This document shows, in pieces, positions 44,446-53,500 of a DNA stretch of 56,482 nt (position 1 is the first letter of the stretch; every line of letters begins with the position of its first letter). The translations under genes and the position numbers were made by a program. The notes under the pieces were generated by a model. It worked only from the letters and a program-made list of their open reading frames with translations. It was not told the DNA's origin and ran no database searches. Origin of the DNA: Candidatus Nealsonbacteria bacterium (GTDB lineage Bacteria > Patescibacteriota > Minisyncoccia > Minisyncoccales > GWA2-46-15). Where the stretch lies: NCBI GenBank assembly GCA_016207115.1, contig JACQQI010000007.1, positions 1 through 56,482 on the forward strand, read 5' to 3'.

Positions 44446-45605
44446 ATATGAGTAAAATTAAGAATCTGGAAAAGCTCGCCCGGCGCCTCGTCAAAGCGAT
44501 CGGGGCCAAAGAGCGCATCGTTCTGTACGCCGATTCTGATCTGGACGGCACCGTGGCTTTGCTCATTCTGAGGGAGGCAATTTTGAATCTGGGTGGTCGG
44601 ATCGAAAAGCTCTATTTCTCTGATCGCCGCCGGGAAGAACCGGGCTTAAACAAAGAAGCTCTAGAGCGGCTGAAAGTCGCGGCCCCCGCTCTCTTGGTCG
44701 TTCTCGACTGCGGCATCAGTAATTTTGAAGAAGCGCGCTTGGCCAAGAAGATGGGTTTTGAGGTGGTCATGATCGAGCACCACGAGATTCTTGACCGGTT
44801 GCCCGAAGCCGCCATTATCGTCAATCCTAAACAGAACAAGAAAGAGGAAACTTTTTATCATCTGGCTACGTGTGGCATCGTTCTTCGACTGGCCGAGGAG
44901 CTGTTGCGCGGCCGGCTGACGCGGGAGCTACGGGAAGACTTTTTGGAGATGGCGTCTTTAGCGACTGTGGCCGATATGGTGCCGGAAACCGGCGATAACA
45001 AAAACATTATCGAAGAGGGCTTGCCGCTTCTGGAAAGCAGTTGGCGCCCCGGCCTGCAGGTCTTGCTCAATTCGAGCGTCGTCGAGGGCTGTCTTTCTAC
45101 CCGACAGGCGGTCCGGAAAGTCATTAACATCGTCAATATCACCGATAAAGACGGCGATCTGAGCGAACTCTACTGGCTGTTGACGGCCTCTTCGCTCCCG
45201 GAGGCCGAAGAGCGCTTCCACCGCTTCCTGCAAAAGGGCGCGGCCCGGCAGGTGGAAATCGAGAAGTGGTCCGACGAATTCAAAAAAGACCTCTTTCTTA
45301 AAATCAAGAACGAAACAATCATTTTTGAGGGCCGGGCCGATCTGCCCCAGCCATTGCTGGGCACGATCACTTCCCGGCTCTGTGATTTTTTCGGCAAACC
45401 ATCTTTTATCTACAAGAAAACCGCAAAGGAAAACGTTGGCCACTTCCGCATGCCCGAAGGCCTCAGCGGGATCGAGGCCCTGAGCCGCTGCGCCCAGCTT
45501 TTGCGCCGTTACGGCGGCCACGCGCCGGCCGGCGGTTTCTACTTTCAAGAAAAAGATACCTTAAAATTAAAACAATGTCTGATAAAATATTTCCAAAAAA
45601 AGTGA
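44442..45605 (+). CDS. RecJ-like DHH/DHHA1 phosphoesterase (short, no C-terminal OB region)
   Basis: 'IVLYADSDLDGTVA', 'VVLDCGIS', 'VMIEHHE', 'GGHAPAGGF'. ATGA overlap with pgk. Confidence 0.7.
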   Translation: MNMSKIKNLEKLARRLVKAIGAKERIVLYADSDLDGTVALLILREAILNLGGRIEKLYFSDRRREEPGLNKEALERLKVAAPALLVVLDCGISNFEEARLAKKMGFEVVMIEHHEILDRLPEAAIIVNPKQNKKEETFYHLATCGIVLRLAEELLRGRLTRELREDFLEMASLATVADMVPETGDNKNIIEEGLPLLESSWRPGLQVLLNSSVVEGCLSTRQAVRKVINIVNITDKDGDLSELYWLLTASSLPEAEERFHRFLQKGAARQVEIEKWSDEFKKDLFLKIKNETIIFEGRADLPQPLLGTITSRLCDFFGKPSFIYKKTAKENVGHFRMPEGLSGIEALSRCAQLLRRYGGHAPAGGFYFQEKDTLKLKQCLIKYFQKK

Positions 45606-46033
45606 TCGTTTTCACCGACGGCGGTTCGCGAGGCAATCCCGGACCCTCGGCCTTGGGCGTGGTTTTGCAGGACGAAAAGAGCCAGATTCTGAAGAAATAC
45701 GGCCAAACCATCGGCAGTGGCACCAATAACCAGGCTGAGTATCAGGCGGTCGTTTTCGCCCTGAAGAAACTCAAGAGCCTGATCGGCGGTAAAGTCGCCG
45801 CTCAGACCGAAGTGGAGATCCGGTCCGACTCTGAATTATTGATCAGCCAACTGAGCGGCCAATACAAGATTTTAGATTCGAAAATCCAATCTCTTTTTCT
45901 GGCCGTTTGGAATTTGAAGATCGATTACAAAAAAATTAATTTTACGCTGATTCCCCGCGAGAAAAACGAAATGGCCGACGCCTTGGCCAACGAAGCTTTG
46001 GATCAAGTAAGCCGGGTACAGAGATTGATCTAG
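45575..46033 (+). CDS. rnhA: Ribonuclease HI
   Basis: 'VIVFTDGGSRGNPGPSALG', 'TNNQAEYQAVVFALK', 'IRSDSELLISQL', 'NEMADALANEA'. Confidence 0.8.
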   Translation: MSDKIFPKKVIVFTDGGSRGNPGPSALGVVLQDEKSQILKKYGQTIGSGTNNQAEYQAVVFALKKLKSLIGGKVAAQTEVEIRSDSELLISQLSGQYKILDSKIQSLFLAVWNLKIDYKKINFTLIPREKNEMADALANEALDQVSRVQRLI

Positions 46034-46043
46034 TTTTCTCAAC

Positions 46044-46074
46044 AAAAAATCCCGTAGAAATACGGGGTTTTTTG
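46044..46074. terminator. Bidirectional terminator shared by rnhA (+) and rnpB (-)
   Basis: aaaaaat-cccgta-gaaa-tacggg-gtttttt. Confidence 0.7.
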
Positions 46075-46076
46075 AT

Positions 46077-46466
46077 ATTCCGGTCAGTCTGTAAGCCGAA
46101 TTCTGTCTGCTTCCGGTTAAGGAAGGAGGCAATCATTTCTCTGGTCCCTCGGTTGCCCTCGGGATCTAGCGAACTACTTTTAACTCCTCAGGATTTTCCG
46201 CGGGGAAATTCCGACGAGCTTTGTTCTTGCGCCCGATAAGGATTTGGCCGTTTCATTCCCAGGGTTGCCCCCGGGACTTACCTCGCGTTGGGCGGGGTAG
46301 CCCTTAGCTTTCGCCTCGGGCCGTTTCTGTTCGCACCTCTAGCCTTGCGGCCGAAGGGTATTACCCTCTATCTTTTTTGGTCCGCCGTCGAGCGGAGAAG
46401 GGTGTTCGGACTTTCCTCCCGGTCGGGGATTAACCCAACCGAGCGATTACCCGATTGACCGGAATA
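46077..46466 (-). ncRNA. rnpB: RNase P RNA (bacterial type)
   Basis: The reverse complement contains GGGAGGAAAGTCCGAACAC (+ strand 46402-46420) and ACAGAATTCGGCTTACAG (+ strand 46089-46106), the two P4 halves. P1 pairing is TTCCGGTCA / TGACCGGAA. There is no ORF in 46034-46520. Confidence 0.85.
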
Positions 46467-46520
46467 AACCCATTTTAACACCTTTAAATTTGCTGTCAAA
46501 CAGGGTAAAATAGAGAAGAT

Positions 46521-47942
46521 ATGCGGATTTTCTCTTTTTTCAACCAGCCGACTCAGAATATCAGCCTTTCGGCCGCCATCTTAGCGCTCTCCACTCTTTT
46601 GAGTGCGCTTTTGGGCATTTGGCGCGACCGACTTTTGGCCTCCAGTTTTGGCGCGGGGAGGACCTTGGACATCTACGTCGCCTCTTTCCGGATACCCGAC
46701 CTGGTTTACAATCTTTTGGTGGCGGGCGTTCTGGCCGTCGCCGTCTTGCCGGTTTTTGCCGAAGCTTTTCAAAAAGACAAAGAGAAAGCCTGGCGAGTCA
46801 TCAATAACTTTTTCAATCTTTTTTTACTTACCCTGCTGGTCACCTGTTTCATTTTTTTCCTGCTCACGCCCTGGCTCATCAAATTTGTCGTGCCGGGTTT
46901 TGATATCGCGGAGATTCAACAAACGATCTGGCTGACGCGCCTGCTTTTTCTGAGCTCAATCTTTTTTGGGGGCGTGGGTCTTTTTTCTGGCCTGCTGCAG
47001 TATTTCAATAAATTCATCGTGCTCGCTCTCAGCCCCCTAATCTATAATCTATTTATCATCTTGGGCATTTTGTTTTTGTCGCCTCGCTTCGGCATTTTCG
47101 GCGTCGGGTTGGGCGTCGTTCTGGGGGCTTTCGTCTATTTCTGCTTACAGCTCTACTCGTGCGTCTCTTGTGGCTGGCACTGGCAGAGAATATTAGACTG
47201 GAAAGACCCGGGGATTAAGCGGGTTTTCAGACTGATGCTGCCGCGTTTTTTCTCCGCGGCCAGTCAACAGATCAATCTTTTGATCACCACCGGGATTGCT
47301 TCGACGCTGGGCTTGGGAGCTCTGGCCATTTTCTATTTCTCTAATAATCTGCAGAGTTTTGTCACCAGTTTCGTCGGCGTTTCTCTGGCCACGGCCGCCT
47401 TTCAGGCCCTGAGTAAGGCCGCCGCCCGGGAAGACCGGTCCGGTCTTCTGAGCAATCTGTCTTTGACTTTCCGTAAGATTCTATTTTGGAGCCTGTTTTT
47501 GAGTTTCTTCCTGATCGTCTTCAAAGAACCCATCGTCAGGATTTTGCTCGGGAGCGGCAAATTCAGCCCAGAGGCGATTCAGCTGACGGCGGCGGCTCTG
47601 GGGCTGTTCTCCGTTTCGATCTTTGCTCAGGCCGAAATACCCTTGCTTTTACGCGCCTTTTTCGCCTTACAAGAAGCGGTCCGACCCACCGTCATCGCCG
47701 TGGTGAGCATGCTGGCGAACATTCTTTTGTCTTTTGGCTTGGTACAATGGTTGACGGTTGACCCTCGTCCGAGAGAGATTTTGAGTTCCTTTCTCGGCAA
47801 CCTCAATCCGGAGGCCTTGGGCTTTGCCCTGCTGGGCCTGCCCCTGGCTTTTTCCCTGGCGACGATTTTCCAGTTCGGTCTTCTCTGCTACTTCCTGAGG
47901 GATAAGTTTAAACTTCTGGACAGCCATGAATCAAGAATATAA
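46521..47942 (+). CDS. murJ: Lipid II flippase MurJ
   Basis: 'LSTLLSALLGIWRDRLLASSFGAGRTLDIYVASFRIPDLVYNLL'. Polytopic membrane protein. Confidence 0.85.
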   Translation: MRIFSFFNQPTQNISLSAAILALSTLLSALLGIWRDRLLASSFGAGRTLDIYVASFRIPDLVYNLLVAGVLAVAVLPVFAEAFQKDKEKAWRVINNFFNLFLLTLLVTCFIFFLLTPWLIKFVVPGFDIAEIQQTIWLTRLLFLSSIFFGGVGLFSGLLQYFNKFIVLALSPLIYNLFIILGILFLSPRFGIFGVGLGVVLGAFVYFCLQLYSCVSCGWHWQRILDWKDPGIKRVFRLMLPRFFSAASQQINLLITTGIASTLGLGALAIFYFSNNLQSFVTSFVGVSLATAAFQALSKAAAREDRSGLLSNLSLTFRKILFWSLFLSFFLIVFKEPIVRILLGSGKFSPEAIQLTAAALGLFSVSIFAQAEIPLLLRAFFALQEAVRPTVIAVVSMLANILLSFGLVQWLTVDPRPREILSSFLGNLNPEALGFALLGLPLAFSLATIFQFGLLCYFLRDKFKLLDSHESRI

Positions 47943-49758
47943 GAAACAGAATTACAGCCTCAACCGGATACGTAACTTCTCGGTAATCGCGCACATTGAC
48001 CACGGGAAGTCCACCCTCGGCGACCGGTTTTTGGAACTGACCCAGAGCGTGACCAAAGAAAAGATGCGGCCGCAATACTTGGACATGATGGATTTAGAGA
48101 GAGAAAAGGGGATCACCATCAAAATGCAGCCGGTCAAGATGAAATATGATCTGAATGGTCAGCCCTACATCCTGAAACTGATCGACACGCACGGCCACGT
48201 GGATTTCTCCTACGAGGTTTCCCGCAGCCTGGCCGCCGTCGAGGGCACCATCCTTTTGGTCGATGCAGCCAAGGGTGTTCAGGCTCAAACCTTGGCCAAT
48301 CTCGAACTGGCCCAAAAGCAAGGCTTGGTCATTATTCCGGTTATCAATAAGATTGATCTGCCGCAGGCGAGAGTGGCCGAAACCAAGGAAGAGATCTTGA
48401 AGATCATGGACATTGATCCCGCGGAGATTATTTTGATTTCCGCCAAAACCGGCGAGAACGTTGAATCTCTTTTGCGGATGGTGGTGGAAAAGGTGCCCGG
48501 GCCTCAGGGCGCCGCCGATAAACCCTTGCGGGCCCTGATTTTTGACTCCAAATACGATTCTCACCGAGGAGTACTCGCTTTTGTTCGAATCGTTGACGGC
48601 CAGGTCCGAAAAGGAGATAAAATCACTCTTCTTTCCAATCAATCTTCCGGCGAAACGCTGGAAATCGGTTTTTTTAAGCCAGAGATGACCGCCATCGAAA
48701 GCCTGGACGCCGGAGAGATCGGCTACTTAGCCACCGGCATCAAGGAGCCAGGCTTAGTCAGGGTGGGCGACACGATTGTGAAAAACACAAATTCCAAAAC
48801 AGAAATCACAAATATAGAACCGCTGCCGGGATACCAGGAACCAAAGCCGGTGGTTTTCGCCTCGTTTTATCCGGAGAACGCCGAGGAGTTCGATTTATTA
48901 AAAGACGCTTTGAATAAACTGAAGCTCAACGACGCCTCGCTCTTTTTCGAACCCGAGACCAAAGAAGTTCTGGGTCGAGGCTTTCGCTGCGGCTTTTTGG
49001 GTTTGCTGCACACCGAAATCACCACTGAGAGACTTTCCCGTGAATTCGGATTGAGTCTGGTCATTTCTTCGCCCTCGGTCGTCTACCAGATTCTCGACCG
49101 AAAGGGCCAGTCTCAAAAAATCTATACGGCTTCAGATTGGCCCGAATCTTTCGACATCCAAGAGGCGCAAGAGCCCTGGGCCATCCTGAAAATCACCCTC
49201 CCCTTGGGATTTATCGGCCAGGTCTTCGAGGTTCTGACTAAGTTGTCGGGCCGACATCTGGAGACCAAGCACCTCAGCCAGGAAAAGGTTTTAATCATCT
49301 ACGAATTGCCTCTGAGAGAGATAATCACCAGCCTTTACGAAAACATTAAAAATTCCACCTCGGGCTTCGCCTCCATGGATTACCAGATTCTGGGCTACCG
49401 GCCGGCCAGTTTGGTCAAGCTGGAGATTCTTATTTCGGGTAAAAAGTTTGAGGCTTTCTCGCGGATTGTGCCCGAAGCCAAAGCTTTTGAAGAAGGCAAA
49501 AAACAGGTGCAAAAACTGAAAAAAACCCTGCCGCGCCAGCTCTTCTCCGTGGCTTTGCAGGCGGCCATCGGTTCCCGCGTCATCGCCCGGGAGACTCTGT
49601 CGGCCAAGGGTCGGGACGTCATCGCTCCTTTGTACGGTGGCGATTACACGCGCAAGCTCAAGCTTTTACAAAAGCAGAAAAAAGGCAAGCAGGAACTCAA
49701 GGAAAAGGGTCAGCTGCACCTGCCGCAGAAAGTCTTTTTAGAAATGTTGCGCGATTAA
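47926..49758 (+). CDS. lepA: Elongation factor 4
   Basis: 'IRNFSVIAHIDHGKSTL', 'NKIDLP', 'GFRCGFLGLLH', 'YGGDYTRKLKLLQKQKKGK'. Confidence 0.95.
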   Translation: MNQEYKKQNYSLNRIRNFSVIAHIDHGKSTLGDRFLELTQSVTKEKMRPQYLDMMDLEREKGITIKMQPVKMKYDLNGQPYILKLIDTHGHVDFSYEVSRSLAAVEGTILLVDAAKGVQAQTLANLELAQKQGLVIIPVINKIDLPQARVAETKEEILKIMDIDPAEIILISAKTGENVESLLRMVVEKVPGPQGAADKPLRALIFDSKYDSHRGVLAFVRIVDGQVRKGDKITLLSNQSSGETLEIGFFKPEMTAIESLDAGEIGYLATGIKEPGLVRVGDTIVKNTNSKTEITNIEPLPGYQEPKPVVFASFYPENAEEFDLLKDALNKLKLNDASLFFEPETKEVLGRGFRCGFLGLLHTEITTERLSREFGLSLVISSPSVVYQILDRKGQSQKIYTASDWPESFDIQEAQEPWAILKITLPLGFIGQVFEVLTKLSGRHLETKHLSQEKVLIIYELPLREIITSLYENIKNSTSGFASMDYQILGYRPASLVKLEILISGKKFEAFSRIVPEAKAFEEGKKQVQKLKKTLPRQLFSVALQAAIGSRVIARETLSAKGRDVIAPLYGGDYTRKLKLLQKQKKGKQELKEKGQLHLPQKVFLEMLRD

Positions 49759-49766
49759 AGTGCAAA

Positions 49767-50483
49767 ATGGAATTAACCGAATTTCTTTCTAAGAACCAGA
49801 TTGTTTTAGATGAACCCGTCTCCCGGTTTTGCCAGCGGGGGATTGATCTCATGAAAGTGGGCGTTGATCCCTTGCACGACGACGACCACGTTTTGGCCAT
49901 CATCGATAATCTAGACCGTTTCATCAACGAAAATAAAGAAGTTGACCGGGCCCGGATTAATTTCCCCGTGATGCTTTTGGCCATCTGCTGGCACGACATC
50001 TGGAAATCGCAGCGGCTGTCAAAAAACCTCGTTTTATTCTTCTACCACTTTTTCTGGGATGGACGTGGATCAGCCCGGTTTTTTCAGAAAGAGGCGGCGC
50101 TGGCTTCTCTTGATCCGGAGACGGTGCAGAAGGCCGCCTACGCCATCAAAAAACACACCCGCATCCACTTGCTGAGCCGGCGGACCCTCGAGTCCAAGAT
50201 TCTAAAGGATTTGGATACCCTGGAGATCTGGTCGGTCAAGAGAATTCGCAAGGCCGAAGAGGAAGCCGAAGCCATGGTGGATTTGGGCCAGACGCTGTTG
50301 AAAACGGCCAAAGTCTACCTGCGCTTCATGCACTGGCTCAACGATTCTTCCTTTTACTTTGCCTGGTCTCGCCGAGAGTTTGAAGCCAAGAGAGAAGAGT
50401 ATTTCCGGGAGGCCAACCGCCTGATTAATCTCTATTCCCAGTTCCTTTTCCATAACAAAAAACCTCCTTTCCCAGGGAAGTAA
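49767..50483 (+). CDS. HD-domain-like hypothetical protein
   Basis: 'LHDDDHVLAI ... AICWHDIWK'. Weak assignment. Confidence 0.45.
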   Translation: MELTEFLSKNQIVLDEPVSRFCQRGIDLMKVGVDPLHDDDHVLAIIDNLDRFINENKEVDRARINFPVMLLAICWHDIWKSQRLSKNLVLFFYHFFWDGRGSARFFQKEAALASLDPETVQKAAYAIKKHTRIHLLSRRTLESKILKDLDTLEIWSVKRIRKAEEEAEAMVDLGQTLLKTAKVYLRFMHWLNDSSFYFAWSRREFEAKREEYFREANRLINLYSQFLFHNKKPPFPGK

Positions 50484-50513
50484 GGCTTCGGTTGTCAGTC
50501 CGTCCGAATTGAG

Positions 50514-50618
50514 CTAAATTAAAGGCGCCACCAGCAGAATGACGGTGCTGAGAGCTACGAGGATAATGATGATCTTCCAGAAGGTTTTTAGAAGAGTTCG
50601 GGAGTTGACCTTGATCAT
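50514..50618 (-). CDS. Possible 34-aa single-TM peptide (MIKVNSRTLLKTFWKIIIILVALSTVILLVAPLI)
   Basis: The only plausible minus-strand ORF. It is the ATG-initiated 3' part of the 88-aa track ORF. No Shine-Dalgarno is seen. Divergent from the ftsB-like start 30 nt away. Confidence 0.2.
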   Translation of the reverse strand: MIKVNSRTLLKTFWKIIIILVALSTVILLVAPLI

Positions 50619-50648
50619 TTTACTCAAGAGAAAGGCTAAACCATATTC

Positions 50649-51044
50649 ATGATAGCAAAATCCCGGCCGAGAAAGAAGAAGGATGAGGCGACGGAGAGCC
50701 GATTCGTCTCCGCTCTCTTTGCGGCGATTCTTTTTTTGATCGTTGGGTTCCTGACCTTCTCCAATTGGCAGATGAACCAAAGGCGACAGCGATTGTCGGC
50801 CTACCTTCAGGATTTAAAAGGAGAAATCAGTACGCTGGAGAAACAAAACGAGGAGCTGAAATCCGGCTTAAATCCCGCTTCCCAGGAGAGTTATCTAGAA
50901 AAAGAAGCCCGCGAAAGGTTCCAGCTGAAGAAACCCGGGGAAAAGGTGGTGACGGTCTTGCCGGCTGAAGAAAGTCCGCCGCCTTCTCCGGTCGAAGCGC
51001 CGAAAAGTCTCCTGGAGAAAATCCGAGAGAAGCTGAACTTTTGA
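50649..51044 (+). CDS. Septum formation initiator (FtsB/DivIC-like)
   Basis: TM 'LFAAILFLIVGFLTF', coiled coil 'LKGEISTLEKQNEELK', 'YLEKEARERFQLKKPGEKVV'. Confidence 0.65.
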   Translation: MIAKSRPRKKKDEATESRFVSALFAAILFLIVGFLTFSNWQMNQRRQRLSAYLQDLKGEISTLEKQNEELKSGLNPASQESYLEKEARERFQLKKPGEKVVTVLPAEESPPPSPVEAPKSLLEKIREKLNF

Positions 51045-51050
51045 AGCTTG

Positions 51051-51124
51051 GCGGGATTAGCACAGTGGTAGTGCGCTTGCTTCCCAAGCAAGATAGGCGG
51101 GTTCGATTCCCGTATCCCGCTCCA
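51051..51124 (+). tRNA. tRNA-Gly (anticodon CCC), CCA encoded
   Basis: GCGGGAT/ATCCCGC acceptor stem, GCAC/GTGC D stem, CTTGC-TTCCCAA-GCAAG anticodon arm, GCGGG-TTCGATT-CCCGT T arm, then TCCA. Confidence 0.9.
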
Positions 51125-51125
51125 C

Positions 51126-51920
51126 ATGAAAAAATATTTAGCGTTTTTTAAAAACGAATTTGCCAATACCGCGATTTATCGCGGTCCGCTTTTCATCTGG
51201 ATCATTTCCGGGGCTTTTTACGCCATCGTCATGACCGCGGTCTGGAAAACCAGCCAGGCCGGCGGAATGATCGGCGGCTACACCCGATCGGAATTGATCA
51301 CCTACTACCTAGCCGCGCTTTTACTCGATCGTTTTATCAATTGGCTGCCGCATTACAGTACGAACGAAGAAATTCGGACGGGCCAAATCGCGGTTTCGAG
51401 CCTGATCAAGCCCATCTCTTTTTATTGGCGCAAGATTTTCCAGGAAATCGGTTGGCACACCTTTTCGGTCGCTTTCGGCCTGCCCTTCGTCTTAATCTTA
51501 GCCCTCTTCTTCCGCGCCGATTTAGCCCTGAATTTTTCTCCGGCGTTATTTTTCTGGATTGCCGCCGCGGCCATCCTCGGTTCCCTGGTCGTTTTCGGAC
51601 TGAGTCTATGCTTGGGGCTTTTGTCATTTTGGTTCACCGACATTTGGGCGATCGACAGCCTGTTTTGGGCTCTGAGGATGTTTTTGGCCGGCCAGGCCCT
51701 GCCCATCAGCTTCATTCCCGGTTTTTTTCAGGGAGTGATTAAGCTTTTACCCTTTCGCTACATTTTTTCTTTTCCTTTAGAAATCTATTTCCACAAGCTG
51801 TCTTCTCTGGAAATGATTTTAGGTTTTTTGACCGCCGTTTTCTGGCTGGTCTTTTTTGCCCTGCTCTATAAGTTTTTGTGGAACCGGGGCAGAAAAGCTT
51901 ACGCCTCTTTTGGAAATTGA
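51126..51920 (+). CDS. ABC-2-type permease (DUF990/ABC2_membrane_6-like), type A copy 1
   Basis: 'MKKYLAFFKNEFANTAIYRG'. 6 TM. Pairs with 52709-53500 ('MKKYWTVFKTEFQKSSEYR'). Confidence 0.7.
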   Translation: MKKYLAFFKNEFANTAIYRGPLFIWIISGAFYAIVMTAVWKTSQAGGMIGGYTRSELITYYLAALLLDRFINWLPHYSTNEEIRTGQIAVSSLIKPISFYWRKIFQEIGWHTFSVAFGLPFVLILALFFRADLALNFSPALFFWIAAAAILGSLVVFGLSLCLGLLSFWFTDIWAIDSLFWALRMFLAGQALPISFIPGFFQGVIKLLPFRYIFSFPLEIYFHKLSSLEMILGFLTAVFWLVFFALLYKFLWNRGRKAYASFGN

Positions 51921-51921
51921 C

Positions 51922-52707
51922 ATGCGCTACCTTTCTTTATATTTTCATTTCTTCAGAGTTTCCCTGATGGCTGCGCTGGAGTACCGTTTCAATCTTTTGG
52001 TTTGGACGTTTCTGAATTTGTTCTGGACGCTCCTGTCTTTCGTCGGCATCGAGTTGCTCTTTGGTCAGGTGAGTTCGATCGCCGGCTGGCCAAAGCAGGA
52101 AATATTCCTTCTGTTGATCATCTGGACGATCTTCCACGACTTCTTGAGCATCTTCATTCGGCCGAGCCTGCGCCAAATTTCTCACCTCATCCGCCACGGC
52201 AAATTCGACTTCCTTCTTTTGAAGCCGGTTTCGTTGCGCTTTTTGTCTTCGGTTCAGGACTTTGGCATCGACAGCGTCAGCCGTTTCTGTCTGACCTCCG
52301 TCATCCTGGTTTTCTTTCTCAGGCAGATGGGGATTGAGCCGTCGCTTCTTCTGTGGCTGGATTTTACCCTGCTCTTTTTGTCCGGTGCTATTATTTTCTA
52401 CAGCTTTTTTTTCGCCCTCGCCGGCTTAAATTTCTGGTTCATCAACCTCTTCAATCTCGACGATCTGCACAGCCGCTTGATCGACGCCGGTCGTTTCCCG
52501 ATCGACATTTTCCGCGGCCGGGCTAAGACATTCTTCACCTATTTGCTGCCGATTGCCTTCATCGCCTTTTTCCCCGCCCAGATTTTACTCGGCCGAATCG
52601 GTTCCGAATGGGTCGTCTACGGCGCCGTGATGGCCAGCGTCTTTTTTATCGCTTCCCAGCTCTTTTGGTCCCTGGCGCTTAGATCCTATTCCAGCGCCAG
52701 TTCCTAG
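51922..52707 (+). CDS. ABC-2-type permease, type B copy 1
   Basis: 'ALEYRFNLLVW', 'IRHGKFDFLLLKPVSLRFLSS'. ATG at 51922 used. Confidence 0.7.
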   Translation: MRYLSLYFHFFRVSLMAALEYRFNLLVWTFLNLFWTLLSFVGIELLFGQVSSIAGWPKQEIFLLLIIWTIFHDFLSIFIRPSLRQISHLIRHGKFDFLLLKPVSLRFLSSVQDFGIDSVSRFCLTSVILVFFLRQMGIEPSLLLWLDFTLLFLSGAIIFYSFFFALAGLNFWFINLFNLDDLHSRLIDAGRFPIDIFRGRAKTFFTYLLPIAFIAFFPAQILLGRIGSEWVVYGAVMASVFFIASQLFWSLALRSYSSASS

Positions 52708-52708
52708 G

Positions 52709-53500
52709 ATGAAAAAATACTGGACCGTCTTTAAAACTGAGTTCCAGAAAAGCAGTGAATACCGCCTGGAGTTTTTTGGTCACATGATCATGGGTCTTTT
52801 TACTTTTGCGGTGATGGTTTTTGTCTTCCGGGCGATCTTTCAGGGGAACCCGGAGATCGCCGGCTACACCTTCTCTTCAGTCTTTACCTACCTGGTAATG
52901 ACCAAATTTTTACACCCAGCGATTCGCTGGAACGTCGCCCGCCTTCTGGCCGACGAGATCAAAGAGGGTCGGCTCTCAGCCTATCTTTTAAAGCCCTTTG
53001 GCGTCTTGCGCTATTGGTTTTCCTTGTTCTGGGCCGATCGCTTGGTCGATATTTTGATCAGGCTTTCTCTGATCGTCGCCTTTTTAGTTTTGCTGCCGCG
53101 CTATTTTTCTTTTCCCGGATTCGGAACGACCTTATCCTTCGGCCTTTCCCTGGTCCTCGCCCTTTTCCTCAATTTCACTTTCAATATCCTTTTGTCTCTT
53201 TTCGCCTTCTGGGTCACCGATATTCGTCTGTTTTCTACGGCCATCGATCTGGCCGTCGGATTCTTCGCCGGCGCCTTGGTCCCGCTTGATTTTCTGCCGG
53301 GGATTTTAAAGCCGGCGTCTTTTTTCCTGCCCTTCCAGTATCTTTTGTACTTTCCTATTCGGGTTTTCCAGGGCGCCGTTGGACCAGAGCAGACGTGGGT
53401 CGGGATGCTGATTTCTCTCGGCTGGTTGGTGGCGCTCTTGATCTTGCTGGATTATTTTTGGCGCAAAGGCATCAAACACTATGAAGCCATTGGTCAGTGA
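52709..53500 (+). CDS. ABC-2-type permease, type A copy 2
   Basis: 'EIKEGRLSAYLLKPFGVLRYWFS'. Starts 1 nt after the previous stop. Confidence 0.7.
   Translation: MKKYWTVFKTEFQKSSEYRLEFFGHMIMGLFTFAVMVFVFRAIFQGNPEIAGYTFSSVFTYLVMTKFLHPAIRWNVARLLADEIKEGRLSAYLLKPFGVLRYWFSLFWADRLVDILIRLSLIVAFLVLLPRYFSFPGFGTTLSFGLSLVLALFLNFTFNILLSLFAFWVTDIRLFSTAIDLAVGFFAGALVPLDFLPGILKPASFFLPFQYLLYFPIRVFQGAVGPEQTWVGMLISLGWLVALLILLDYFWRKGIKHYEAIGQ

Noticed and set aside
34677-48642. Other long antisense ORFs in housekeeping genes: 34677-35207, 35892-36311, 38474-38977, 41157-41690, 42960-43466, 44958-45548 and 48094-48642.
   Set aside because: Each lies opposite a confidently identified gene (secA, secF, the membrane/ATPase pair, the recJ-like gene or lepA). 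Their products are Arg/Gly/Leu-rich and without motifs.
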